Shown here: in pieces, positions 9,036 through 19,359 of the stretch
Layout: every line of letters begins with the position of its first letter
Numbering within the stretch: position 1 is the stretch's first letter
From: Candidatus Cloacimonadales bacterium
GTDB taxonomy: Bacteria; Cloacimonadota; Cloacimonadia; Cloacimonadales; DAONDQ01
Direction of reading: 5' to 3'
Assembly (NCBI GenBank): GCA_963662275.1
Contig: OY759316.1
Span: 1 to 64,000, forward strand
Length of the DNA stretch: 64,000 nucleotides
Translations under genes and position numbers: made by a program
The notes under the pieces: generated by a model
What the model was told of the DNA's origin: nothing
The model's database searches: none
What the model saw: the letters and a program-made list of their open reading frames with translations, nothing else

Positions 9036-9487
9036 AAATTAAGAATGAAAAATTAAGAATTAAAAATTTGCAGAGAAAAGTCTGGCAGAATGCAGTCCGA
9101 AGGACGTTACTCCATTAGCCCAAGAAGTTCTTCCTGGGTGAGAAATGCCTGTTGAATACTTCTTTTATGCTGAGTGAGGAGTCTGGAAGACGGTATAATA
9201 CTTATACCTTCTGAAGTAGGTGTTACAACATATACCGCCTAAAGACGGTATTACGATATATTAGAGATTTTCATATAGTCAGAGCAGAACTAGCTCTCCC
9301 CATGTAGAAGGTTGTAGATGATAGATTGTAGGTTGTAGAGCAGAGCAGAACTAGCTCTCCCTAAAAGGTACAACCCCCTTTAATCCCCCCTCGGTTAGGG
9401 GGTAAATGGGACGGGGATCAGACAAGTATTCTTCCCCTTTACCCTGTCCCCTGTACGCTGTACCCTGTACCCTGTCCGCTGTACGCT
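9036..9487. repeat. Mosaic intergenic repeat region
   Basis: Heptamer arrays at 9036-9069, 9303-9338 and 9440-9487 (TACCCTG-like x7); family-B element 9090-9138; 20-bp direct repeat AGAGCAGAACTAGCTCTCCC at 9281 and 9342. Confidence 0.8.
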
Positions 9488-10708
9488 TTACACTATCCGC
9501 TGATTCTTCCTTTTCTTTTCCTTTTGAAATCTTCTTAAAAGCGTTAACATTAAGATAGCACCTATACAGATAACACCAACAGCAAAATACGTGAAAGCTG
9601 TTCCTGCCTTATCGAGGGATATTCCTACAAAAGGTGAAAGAATAGCAAAGCCAAGACTACCGGCAAGACTGACGATAGAGATGATAGTAGCTCGTTGTTC
9701 GTCATTCACCTGGTGGTTGATATAGAAGCGCATAGTGGGATTGTACATGCCGCGTACAATTTGTTGAAGAGCAAGCACAACAATCATCACAGGGAAAATC
9801 AGCAGCGCTGGAAGGATGAAGGATACTGCCATCAAACCTGCAAGAAAGAGAAGTACTTTTCTTGGTCGTCTATCATAATACTTGGCACCTATGATTTTGG
9901 AAGCAAAGGCAGCCACCATGTTGAAAAAGAAGAAGATCATTCCATACCAGAAGATATCTATATTTGTCATCACAAAATAGGGTTGATAGAGCCAGTAGGA
10001 TACTCTCATGGCAAAACCCATGAAAACAGCAAACAACACTGCCCATAGTAATCGGGGCGTTGTAACGCTGACTTTCAGACTCTTCCAGATATGATTCAAA
10101 TAACTATGTTTACTTTTCTGTCTTTCCGAATCAACAAATAATAAGGCTGCAACTACAGATAAACCAACAAATCCAATACTAGCCCAAAAGGGAATAAAAG
10201 GACTCTTTGTATATAAGATACTGCTGATAATAGACCCAACACCTTGCCCGATGAAGATCATTGAACCTGCATGTCCTTCCCGATGCTGATATTCTTCCTT
10301 GCGATTAAGCTTTACCAAACTTTCATAGAGGATTGCTGCATCGGCACCACTATTGAAAGTAATACCCAACCCAAAGATGATTTCAGCAATAGCAAAGGCA
10401 TAGAATGAATGAAATGCGATATAGATCAGAAGCCCAATCATCATACAGATCGAACCCAGGGATAAGGAAAGTTTTCTTGATATTCTGTCTGCAATTGTGC
10501 CTGTGGGTATTTCAAAGATAATAGCTGCTATTGCAGAAATAGACTGCAAAAGCATGATGTGGGAATAATTCAGACCTTTGAAGAGCATAAAAGGTACTAG
10601 AATAGGACCAATGATCATTAAATTCACCAATAGTCGGTATTGCGGATAGACCTTCAGATTGCGCAAGTATTGGCGATCGGAGAGAGGAAAGTTCGTTGTT
10701 TTAGTCAT
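9488..10708 (-). CDS. MFS transporter
   Basis: About 12 hydrophobic helices; EIPTGTIADRISRK motif A-like; SGADAAILYES. Confidence 0.9.
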   Translation of the reverse strand: MTKTTNFPLSDRQYLRNLKVYPQYRLLVNLMIIGPILVPFMLFKGLNYSHIMLLQSISAIAAIIFEIPTGTIADRISRKLSLSLGSICMMIGLLIYIAFHSFYAFAIAEIIFGLGITFNSGADAAILYESLVKLNRKEEYQHREGHAGSMIFIGQGVGSIISSILYTKSPFIPFWASIGFVGLSVVAALLFVDSERQKSKHSYLNHIWKSLKVSVTTPRLLWAVLFAVFMGFAMRVSYWLYQPYFVMTNIDIFWYGMIFFFFNMVAAFASKIIGAKYYDRRPRKVLLFLAGLMAVSFILPALLIFPVMIVVLALQQIVRGMYNPTMRFYINHQVNDEQRATIISIVSLAGSLGFAILSPFVGISLDKAGTAFTYFAVGVICIGAILMLTLLRRFQKEKKRKNQRIV

Positions 10709-10770
10709 ATTAATCCTGATATATTAAAATCAGATGGACAGACATTATTCTCCACAATTTAGTTCGTAGA

Positions 10771-10956
10771 ACGTAATTCTGTTAGCCCAGGAATTCATTC
10801 CTGGGCTAACAGAGTGACGTCCTTCGGACTGCATAAAAGACAGCAAGAACGGCGTCTTGCTTTACTATTTACATCCTGAAGTATGTGCTACAACTCATTC
10901 AGCAGGAACGGCGTCCTACTCTACACAGATAGTAGGATCGGCATCCTACTCCACGT
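10771..10956. repeat. Cluster of REP-like palindromes
   Basis: 50-bp hairpin 10771-10820 followed by CCTTCGGACTGCA; family-C hairpins at 10842-10861, 10901-10926 and 10931-10956. Confidence 0.8.
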
Positions 10957-13133
10957 TACTTTCTTTCCACTTTATCCACTCCTGGAAGGGTTAATATCTT
11001 TTGGCAAATCTTATCCAAGTCGTCTGAATGATTCAACCAAAGTCGGAAATGGGCATACGTTCTATTACCTTCAACTTTTGTATTACTTTCAGCAGTCTGA
11101 GCATGAAAACGTGCAAAGATGCCCAGTATATCAAAGATAAAACGTGCCCTGTTTTTACCTGTGATAGAAAGCGATGCTGGATGAAGATGAACATTTCCCT
11201 GTATGGATTTGGGTAAATCCCATTGCACGGACATTACTCTTTCCGGTTCAATCTCACACTGATGCCTGAAAGAAGGATTCGGGCAATTAGCCCTATGAAC
11301 ACTGATTCCTCTTCCTCTCGTGATATAGCCAATGACTTCATCTCCCGGAACGGGTGAACAGCAGGCTGCATAATTGATCATCAGGTTATGAACATCTGCC
11401 AATTGAATCCCGAAGGAATGTGATTTTCTAGAATCCATTTCCTCTGGAGGAATTTCAATAGGGGCAGGATTATCTCTTTCATTCACAGCTTGCTTGATTG
11501 TAGCAAATAATAACTTACCTGTTCCCAATTCATAATACAGACTGTTTGCATCATTGATATGAACCAAACGGGACAATTCACGAATTTCATCATCAGTTTT
11601 ATACTTCCAATGCAGCTTTCGACATCTTTTCTCGAAGATTTCCTTACCCAATCGAATGGCGTCCTGCCTTTCCTTCCATTGCAGCCAGGCACGAACCTTC
11701 TGTCTTGCACGGGAGGTTTTCAGGAATCCAAGCCAATCACAGCTTGGATTTGGTTCTGAAGAAGTGATGACTTCCACCATATCACCATTATGGAGGGTTG
11801 TGCGTACAGGCACCATGCGTCCATTTACTTTGGCACCTGTGCAGCGAAAGCCAATTTCTGTATGCACTGCAAAGGCGAAATCAAGAGGTGAAGCGTCACG
11901 GGGAAGTTTGATATAATCGTTATTAGGTGTAACAACGACGATGAATTGCGGCTGCAGATTCTCTTTCAGGAGATTGACGAAATCGTCGCCATTCCCATGC
12001 CCCTGCTGTAGAATCTTTCGAATCCATCGCAATTGATTTTCATATGTATCATCAGTATTATCGGTAAGAGTTTTTTGCCTGGTTTGTTTGTAACGCCAGT
12101 GTGCAGCAATCCCTTCTTCAGCAATGAGATGCATTTCATAAGTACGAATCTGGATTTCCACTTTTCGCTCATCCTGTCCGATGACAACAGTATGAAGAGA
12201 CTGGTATCCATTGGATTTGGGACGTGTAATATAGTCCCTGAACCTTCGTTCAATCGGCTCATAGATAGAATGAACGATACCCAGCACAGAATAGCATTGT
12301 TCCACACTTCCCACTAAGATACGGATGGCAGCATAATCGTAGATTTCAGAATAAGGTACTTTCCTGACCTGTCGTTTCCGGTAAATACTATAGATATGTT
12401 TGCTTCTACCGGATATATCAGCTTGAATACTGTTTTTTAGCAGATTTCCCGATAAAACAGGAATTAGATTATGTATATAGGCTTCTCTTTCTGTTTTTGT
12501 TTCGTTCAGGAAACTGGCGATGCCTTTGAACTCTCCAGGATTGAGATATTTAAGGGAAAGGTCTTCCAATTCATTCTGCAACTTCACAAGTCCAAATCTG
12601 TTTGCAAGAGGGGCATAAATATCGAGAGTTTCACTGGCAATACGCTTTTGGCTTGCTTCATCCATGAACTGAAGAGTCAGCATATTATGGAGGCGATCAG
12701 CTAGCTTGATGAGAATGACCCTGACATCCTTGGTAATGGAAATTAGTAGTTTTCGATAATTATCTGCCTGGTCATCAGGGCGATGATGATTGGTATGAAA
12801 CGCATATTTATGGAGTTTGGTGACACCATCCACTAATTCAGTAACTTCAGTCCCGAATCTTTCTTCTAAATCCTTGATCTGGTAATCTGTATCTTCTAAA
12901 ACATCATGGAGAAGGGCAGCTACCAGTGTAGGTAGATCAGCCTGCATGCGTGAAAGTATGAAAGAAACAGCCATAGGATGGAGAATATATTCTTCACCTG
13001 AAAGTCTTTTCTGTCCGGTATGAGCTTTCACAGCAAAGGTAAGAGCTTTCTCAAGGAGGGTAAGATCCAGGTCTTTACGCTCCTGTTTGAGGATGGATAA
13101 TAATTGGTCAGGAGAAACGTTATAATTCTTCAC
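10956..13133 (-). CDS. relA: Bifunctional (p)ppGpp synthetase/hydrolase, RelA/SpoT family
   Basis: HDVLED hydrolase motif, KLADRLHNM, NGYQSLHT, EIQIRT, TGS (DFAFAVHTEIG), CC-PVPGD and ACT domains. Confidence 0.95.
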   Translation of the reverse strand: MKNYNVSPDQLLSILKQERKDLDLTLLEKALTFAVKAHTGQKRLSGEEYILHPMAVSFILSRMQADLPTLVAALLHDVLEDTDYQIKDLEERFGTEVTELVDGVTKLHKYAFHTNHHRPDDQADNYRKLLISITKDVRVILIKLADRLHNMLTLQFMDEASQKRIASETLDIYAPLANRFGLVKLQNELEDLSLKYLNPGEFKGIASFLNETKTEREAYIHNLIPVLSGNLLKNSIQADISGRSKHIYSIYRKRQVRKVPYSEIYDYAAIRILVGSVEQCYSVLGIVHSIYEPIERRFRDYITRPKSNGYQSLHTVVIGQDERKVEIQIRTYEMHLIAEEGIAAHWRYKQTRQKTLTDNTDDTYENQLRWIRKILQQGHGNGDDFVNLLKENLQPQFIVVVTPNNDYIKLPRDASPLDFAFAVHTEIGFRCTGAKVNGRMVPVRTTLHNGDMVEVITSSEPNPSCDWLGFLKTSRARQKVRAWLQWKERQDAIRLGKEIFEKRCRKLHWKYKTDDEIRELSRLVHINDANSLYYELGTGKLLFATIKQAVNERDNPAPIEIPPEEMDSRKSHSFGIQLADVHNLMINYAACCSPVPGDEVIGYITRGRGISVHRANCPNPSFRHQCEIEPERVMSVQWDLPKSIQGNVHLHPASLSITGKNRARFIFDILGIFARFHAQTAESNTKVEGNRTYAHFRLWLNHSDDLDKICQKILTLPGVDKVERK

Positions 13134-13332
13134 GATTACGATTATGTAAAGCTTGTATTCTGGCTTGTTTGATCTTGTGATAAATCCATATTGCGAATTG
13201 ATAGAGCAGATACATAGAATATAATGTTGTTAGGATGATAATAAATTGTACTATAGTAGGGTTATTCCAGAACCAGCTAATGCTTAATACGATAAGACCC
13301 AAGAGGATAATTAGCCTAATTTGTTTTGGCAT
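13120..13332 (-). CDS. Small membrane protein
   Basis: 70 aa, two hydrophobic segments, GGAG SD, overlaps the relA start. Confidence 0.6.
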   Translation of the reverse strand: MPKQIRLIILLGLIVLSISWFWNNPTIVQFIIILTTLYSMYLLYQFAIWIYHKIKQARIQALHNRNREEL

Positions 13333-13355
13333 ACCTGCTCCATTTACTTTACAAT

Positions 13356-14351
13356 TTAACGAAAAACAGCAAAAAGAAAAATAATGTAACCGATTCCACC
13401 AGTCAACAATAGAAATGGATTAATCTGTTTCATAATCTTGATCCAGGCAAGATATGTCATGGCAGAGACGAGGGCAATCATGGCGGAAATAAAAGTAATT
13501 CCTTTTAAATCCCAAGGGGTCAGCAGCATGCCGAACACAACAGGGAAGCAGCTTTGAAAGACCATCGCGCCGGTAATATTTCCCAGGGCTAGTGTGTCCT
13601 TTTTCTGTCCAGTCCAGATAATGGAATTCAGCTTTTCCGGTAGTTCGGTGGCAATGGGAGTGACGATGATAGATAAAATCAGGGGAGCAATGCCATAATA
13701 CTTGGCAAGAATTTCAACATTATGAATGAAGAAATGAGCACCGAGGACGATTCCTATTAGACTGATTATTATTTGCATAACAATCTTAAAAATTGTCACT
13801 TTTCCTTTCAAGAGAAGATTAATGTACAATCTGTCCAAGTCTTCGATATCTTCAGTATCTACTGCAAAAGTCATTTTTAGGTAATAAATGTAGGACAGCA
13901 TGAGCATCACAGCAATAACTACTTTTAACATATGATATTGGTGAAAGAAAGTCGTACAAACTGCCAGTCCATAGATAATGATAAAAAAAGTAAGGTCTTT
14001 GGAAACTGCATGAAGATCAGTTGTCATTTTCAACGAGCGTTTTCCCAACAAAGAATAGATAATAATTGCTATTCCCGTCACAAAGAAAGCCAGTGTTCCC
14101 AGCATAAAGGGAGCTCCTGCTATTGCTCCAATCCCTATCTGCATTCCTGCAACACCGGGATGAAAAACGATAGCGATTATGGGAATGAGTGTTTCCGGTA
14201 GTGCAGTTCCGACCGCAGCCAGAACACTTCCTACAACGCCATGTCCTAGTTTCAGATGTTTTCCCAGCCACTCTATGGCATTGGCAAAAACAATACAGGA
14301 ACCAAGGATAAAGCCAAGACAAAGGACAGTGGAAATAATATCAATTACCAT
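13356..14351 (-). CDS. Sodium:calcium (CaCA family) antiporter
   Basis: Alpha-repeats GTALPE and ATELPE, ALGNITG. Confidence 0.88.
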   Translation of the reverse strand: MVIDIISTVLCLGFILGSCIVFANAIEWLGKHLKLGHGVVGSVLAAVGTALPETLIPIIAIVFHPGVAGMQIGIGAIAGAPFMLGTLAFFVTGIAIIIYSLLGKRSLKMTTDLHAVSKDLTFFIIIYGLAVCTTFFHQYHMLKVVIAVMLMLSYIYYLKMTFAVDTEDIEDLDRLYINLLLKGKVTIFKIVMQIIISLIGIVLGAHFFIHNVEILAKYYGIAPLILSIIVTPIATELPEKLNSIIWTGQKKDTLALGNITGAMVFQSCFPVVFGMLLTPWDLKGITFISAMIALVSAMTYLAWIKIMKQINPFLLLTGGIGYIIFLFAVFR

Positions 14352-14689
14352 ATGTTATCCCCTTTCATGATTTCCATAAAATTTACACTGAGAAAAGTAG
14401 TTATTTACTATGGTTTCATGTCAAGAACAATAGGCGGAAGTTTATCACTGGCTGCTAACAGCTTATAGCAAAGAGAAGAATAGAAAAAGCTTAAACAGAA
14501 GATTGCATGCTTCTGCCAGAGCCTTATCTTTTTTTTCTTGCTAAATTTTATAGAGTTATATAATATAGATTACTCTAAAAAATGGTGAATTTGTAAGATT
14601 CGGTTAATCTATTTCAGGAAGTATTTATGTAATAAATTAACCTGGTGTATTCTTTGTAAAAAATAGTAATACTCTTGATGGAGGAAAAA

Positions 14690-17600
14690 ATGAGATTAAG
14701 GATTTTAGTCAGCTTAATGTTATGCCTTTTTTTTGCCGGTTTATGGGGTTGGACCCTGGATCGTCAATGCAACTTCCCAGCTAATTTCTATAATATGGAT
14801 ATTAATGGAGACGATGTCTGGGCTATTGGTACAGCGGGTGCAGTTGCACACTCTACAGACAGCGGATCCACTTATCGTTTTGTTTTAAATCCCGGCTTCA
14901 TTGCTGCAACAGCAACCTACACCGATTTGAATGATGTTGATTTTTATGATACAACTCATGGTATTATCGTTGGTGAAAGTGGTTTGGTTGCTCGCACAAC
15001 TGACCGTGGACTTAACTGGACTGTCTTGACCAGTATCGCACCTATATTTGCAAGTACAAGTATAACCAGTGTTGTTTATCATTCCGATGGTAAAGTCTGG
15101 GTTTGTGGTGCAGCGGGTAAAGTTGCTTATTCCACCGATAATGGTGATAGCTGGATTGAACAGACTTCAGGTATCACAAATGCTCTATTTTCTATTTCTA
15201 TGAATGATAACGGTACCGGTTTTATGACCGGAAACTCTGGAACAAGTCCTGCTCTTTCAAAATTGCTCAGGACTTTAGATTATGGTACAACTTGGACTTT
15301 ATTGCCTATCGTTATTACAAATAATCCACAACTTTATCAAGTGAAGCAATTTGGTTCAACCGTAGTTGTTATGGGTGATAAAGGATTTGTTGGTGTCAGT
15401 ACGGACAATGGTGATTTGTGGACAAATCATGAATTGATTGGTGGCGCGACAATCAAAATGCAGGATGCATGCTGGAATGGTACGACAGGTTATGTTGTCG
15501 GATATAGCAGTACGATTTTAAAAACGACTGATAATTGGGCAACTCTTACGCCTGTAATTACTGATTTCAGTGATTACTTTGAAGGTATTGGTTTTAATGC
15601 TGCCGGTAACCTGATCGCTTCCTGCTGGAAAGGTGATATGCTTCGTTCCCAGGATAGCGGATTAACTTGGTCTGAAAGGACTGTTCCCATCAACTTTATT
15701 TATGGTACCAGCGTTGTTGATAATAATACTTGGTACATGGTTGGAGATGTTGGTTATATCATGAAAACAACCGATGGTGGTTCGAATTTCACCCGCTTGA
15801 CAGTCACTACGGGAAATGCCGCAGCTCCATATGAATATAGCCGTTTCTACGCTACTTATTTTAAAAATGCCCTGGAAGGATGGGTTACAGGTAAGACAGC
15901 AGGTAAGATATATCACACTCTGGATGGTGGAGCTACCTGGTCATTTTTCCAAGTACCGGGAGTAGCAGCTTCCAAGAGCTATTATAAGTTACAATTTATC
16001 AATGACACAATAGGTTATGCTATTGGCCCTGATACCTATAATGCCAAGACAAACGATGGTGGATTAACCTGGACAGCCCTGGCTAATGTAGGTATTCCAG
16101 GAGGAACCGCGTTGTACAGTTGTTATTTTGGCTCAGAATTGGTTGGTTATGCCACTTCCGCTGCAGGTAAACTGTTCCTGACACAGGATGGTGGAGCAAA
16201 CTGGACCTCGATCACAGTTGGTACTCAAGATATTATGGATATTTGTTTTAAGGATGCCCAACACGGTGTTTTTGTAGCGAAAGCCGGCAATATCTATTAT
16301 ACAGCTAATGGCGGTCAAAATGTTGCAGATTGGACTGTCGCGACTGAATCAGCTACAGGAGATATCAATGGGTTATACTGTGATACAGAAGGAAATTTCT
16401 ATGCATCTGCCTATAGTTCTGATGCTGATAATCTAGGTAATACCTGGGCGGTCATGAAATCAATTGATAATGGTGCAATCTGGAACCAGGAAATTCTACC
16501 CTCGCTTACATTTAATAAAACGCGCCTGACTGGTGTGACCGGAAAAGCGAATAAAATCATTGCCTTTGGTGGTAATCAAGTGATCTTTAGTAAGTCTGCA
16601 TCTACACCTCCAAATCTGGCGACTGATCTGTTCATTTCCGAATACATTGAAGGAAGCAGCAATAATAAATCTATTGAAATTTTCAATGGAACCGGTGAAC
16701 CTGTCAGCTTAGCTCCATATGCAGTTAAACTTGCTCCTAATGGAGGTGCTTGGGGAACGACACTGACTACAAATCGTATCTTGGCAAATAATGACGTCTT
16801 TATCATATCCAATGCCGGAGCAAATGCCACGATCCAGGCAGTAACTGATACCATTAGTACCGTTACTTATTATAATGGTAACGATGCTGTAGGTCTTTTC
16901 AAGAATGGTTTGTTGATTGATACGATTGGTATTCAAGGAGTTGACCCGGGAGCAACCGTTTGCTGGCCTGTAGCTGGTGTTGCAGGAGCTACGCTGAATC
17001 ATACGATCGTCAGAAAACCTACCGTCGCAAGTCCAACCACTGAATGGGCTGTTTCAGCAGGTACAAATGCAGATGATTCACAATGGTTAGTATATCCGAT
17101 TGATACAATTACCTATCTTGGTACGCATACATTTACACCCGGAACGACAAATCCGCAGGCAGGAATTCCAATTTTTGCACCACCTGCAGGGATGTATCCT
17201 AATGCTATCAATGTGACATTGACAAGTTCCACAGTAGGAGCAGAGATATACTACACTACTGATGGAACAGATCCAACCCAGGCATCCAACCATTATACGA
17301 TCGCCATACCTGTAAATGCAGCAACCACAATCAAAGCACGTGCTTATGCAACAGACATGGATCCAAGCTATATTGCATCTGCTGTTTATTCGTTCCCTGT
17401 CAGTATTCCCAATATTACTGCCTTATGGGCAGCCAATGCAGATAATACAACAGTCTATCGGTTGAATGAAGAAGCTATTCTTACATTCAAACAGATATTC
17501 CGTAATCAAAAATTTATCCAAGACGCGAATGCAGGTGTATTGATTGATGATCTTTCAGCAGCTCTAACGTCAACTTACAATGTTGGAGATGGCATCACTG

Positions 17601-19171
17601 GAATTATGGGAAAACTCACGTTGTATGGTGGTATGCTGGAATTTATTCCTGTTGCAGATCCTGGTACTGCCACATCAACGGGTAATATCATTAATCCAGT
17701 TGTCATTACTCTTGCTGAACTGAATACAAATTACAACAATTATAAATGTCGAGTAGTACAAATCACAAATGTAACATTCACGGCACCGGTTGATAATTTT
17801 GCTAATGGCATCACATATCCGTTTGGAAATGGTGCAGATACTGCCAATTTCCGTACATCCTTCTACGATGTTGATTATATTGGAACAGTGATTCCATCCA
17901 GTGCCATGAATTTATCGGGTATCCCGAATTCCAGAGTGGATGGTAATTACTTTACTTCACGAAATTTGGCAGATTTCCAGTTCATTAATCCCCAATTCCA
18001 GCCACCATCAAATTTAGTGGCTACTGCAGGAAATGGTACAGTTCATCTCACATGGATTGCCCCTCAAGTACCTGGAAACCGTACAAAAACAAACAGGGAT
18101 ACTCGTAATTTGAGAGGTTATCAGGTATACAGAGACGGTACGGCACTTGGTATACAAATCACAGATATATTGTATGATGATAACACTGTTACAAATGGAA
18201 CTCCCTATACTTATTATGTGACTGCCTTATACACAAATCCTAATGGAGAATCAGCACATTCAAATTCACAGACAGTTACTCCTTCGTCTCAGACATTCAA
18301 TCCACCCTCAAATTTACAGGCTGTTGCAGGAAATGCTTTAGTAACACTTAGCTGGAATGCTCCTGTTGCAGCACCTGCTACTGTTCGTCAAGCCCAGGGA
18401 AAGACGGTTGCATCACGTGCTCTGAGTGGATACAAAGTCTACAGAAATGAATCATTCTTAGTTGATATCACAATTGGAACAACAACATATCTGGATAACG
18501 CGGTAACGAATGGAACGCTCTATCATTATTATGTAACAGCCATATATAGTAATCCGAATGGTGAATCAGCGTCATCTAATGTAGTATCAGCTACTCCGCA
18601 AGCACCTGTTCTAAATCCACCAACCAACCTGGCAGTACAGCAGGTTACTCATGACGTAGTACTGAACTGGGTTGCACCAGTTCCCGCTGTAGGGACAACA
18701 GTGCTGTGGATCAATATCTATCGTGAGAATAACTTCATGACAAACATCAGTCCTGATTTGATAACCTGGACTGATCTGAATGTGTCAGCAGGACTTCATA
18801 CATACAAAGTCAGTGCGGGTTATCTGCAGGGAGAATCAGTATTTTCCAATGAAGCAAGTGTGACTGTTGGTAACAATGATCCAGTCGCTGTCACTTCAAC
18901 TTCCCTTTTAGGCGCAGCTCCAAATCCTTTCAATTCTGCCACTTCAATTCGTTATCAGGTGAAAGGAAGCCATGATGTAATGATCCAGATTTACAACGTC
19001 AAAGGGCAATTAGTAAAAACACTCGTACAAGAAACCAAATCATCCGGTATGAATTCTGTTTCCTGGAATGGGAGAGATAGTAAAAATCAGGTTTTACCTG
19101 CAGGAATCTATTTCTATAAAATGAAGTCCGGAAATTACTCTAGCACTAAGAAAGTCATACTTCTTAAATAA
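14690..19171 (+). CDS. Large secreted protein: BNR/Ycf48-like propellers, lamin-tail domain, CHB_HEX_C-like domain, three Fn3 domains, FlgD-Ig/T9SS-like CTD
   Basis: Many T-x-DGG-x-W repeats; LFISEYIEGSSNNK; IYYTTDGTDP; PPSNL repeats; PNPFN...IYNVKGQLVKTL...GIYFYKM. Confidence 0.85.
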   Translation: MRLRILVSLMLCLFFAGLWGWTLDRQCNFPANFYNMDINGDDVWAIGTAGAVAHSTDSGSTYRFVLNPGFIAATATYTDLNDVDFYDTTHGIIVGESGLVARTTDRGLNWTVLTSIAPIFASTSITSVVYHSDGKVWVCGAAGKVAYSTDNGDSWIEQTSGITNALFSISMNDNGTGFMTGNSGTSPALSKLLRTLDYGTTWTLLPIVITNNPQLYQVKQFGSTVVVMGDKGFVGVSTDNGDLWTNHELIGGATIKMQDACWNGTTGYVVGYSSTILKTTDNWATLTPVITDFSDYFEGIGFNAAGNLIASCWKGDMLRSQDSGLTWSERTVPINFIYGTSVVDNNTWYMVGDVGYIMKTTDGGSNFTRLTVTTGNAAAPYEYSRFYATYFKNALEGWVTGKTAGKIYHTLDGGATWSFFQVPGVAASKSYYKLQFINDTIGYAIGPDTYNAKTNDGGLTWTALANVGIPGGTALYSCYFGSELVGYATSAAGKLFLTQDGGANWTSITVGTQDIMDICFKDAQHGVFVAKAGNIYYTANGGQNVADWTVATESATGDINGLYCDTEGNFYASAYSSDADNLGNTWAVMKSIDNGAIWNQEILPSLTFNKTRLTGVTGKANKIIAFGGNQVIFSKSASTPPNLATDLFISEYIEGSSNNKSIEIFNGTGEPVSLAPYAVKLAPNGGAWGTTLTTNRILANNDVFIISNAGANATIQAVTDTISTVTYYNGNDAVGLFKNGLLIDTIGIQGVDPGATVCWPVAGVAGATLNHTIVRKPTVASPTTEWAVSAGTNADDSQWLVYPIDTITYLGTHTFTPGTTNPQAGIPIFAPPAGMYPNAINVTLTSSTVGAEIYYTTDGTDPTQASNHYTIAIPVNAATTIKARAYATDMDPSYIASAVYSFPVSIPNITALWAANADNTTVYRLNEEAILTFKQIFRNQKFIQDANAGVLIDDLSAALTSTYNVGDGITGIMGKLTLYGGMLEFIPVADPGTATSTGNIINPVVITLAELNTNYNNYKCRVVQITNVTFTAPVDNFANGITYPFGNGADTANFRTSFYDVDYIGTVIPSSAMNLSGIPNSRVDGNYFTSRNLADFQFINPQFQPPSNLVATAGNGTVHLTWIAPQVPGNRTKTNRDTRNLRGYQVYRDGTALGIQITDILYDDNTVTNGTPYTYYVTALYTNPNGESAHSNSQTVTPSSQTFNPPSNLQAVAGNALVTLSWNAPVAAPATVRQAQGKTVASRALSGYKVYRNESFLVDITIGTTTYLDNAVTNGTLYHYYVTAIYSNPNGESASSNVVSATPQAPVLNPPTNLAVQQVTHDVVLNWVAPVPAVGTTVLWINIYRENNFMTNISPDLITWTDLNVSAGLHTYKVSAGYLQGESVFSNEASVTVGNNDPVAVTSTSLLGAAPNPFNSATSIRYQVKGSHDVMIQIYNVKGQLVKTLVQETKSSGMNSVSWNGRDSKNQVLPAGIYFYKMKSGNYSSTKKVILLK

Positions 19172-19193
19172 ACGTCACATCAAAAATTAAGAT

Positions 19194-19227
19194 AAAATAG
19201 GGCGCACAGATGTGTGCCCTATTTTTT
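19194..19227 (+). terminator. Intrinsic terminator
   Basis: AAAATAGGGCGCAC-agat-GTGTGCCCTATTTTTT. Confidence 0.8.
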
Positions 19228-19359
19228 CAACTCGACAAAAAAGCTGTTTATAGAATTTAGTTACTATAAGTTCATTGGTTCTGGAATACTTCTTGCATTT
19301 TTATCCTATCAATAACCAATGGCAAACATTGATTTCTGTTCTGATATATTGAGGTAAGC

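Noticed and set aside
9036..9487. CRISPR array
   Set aside because: No constant repeat with regular unique spacers and no cas genes
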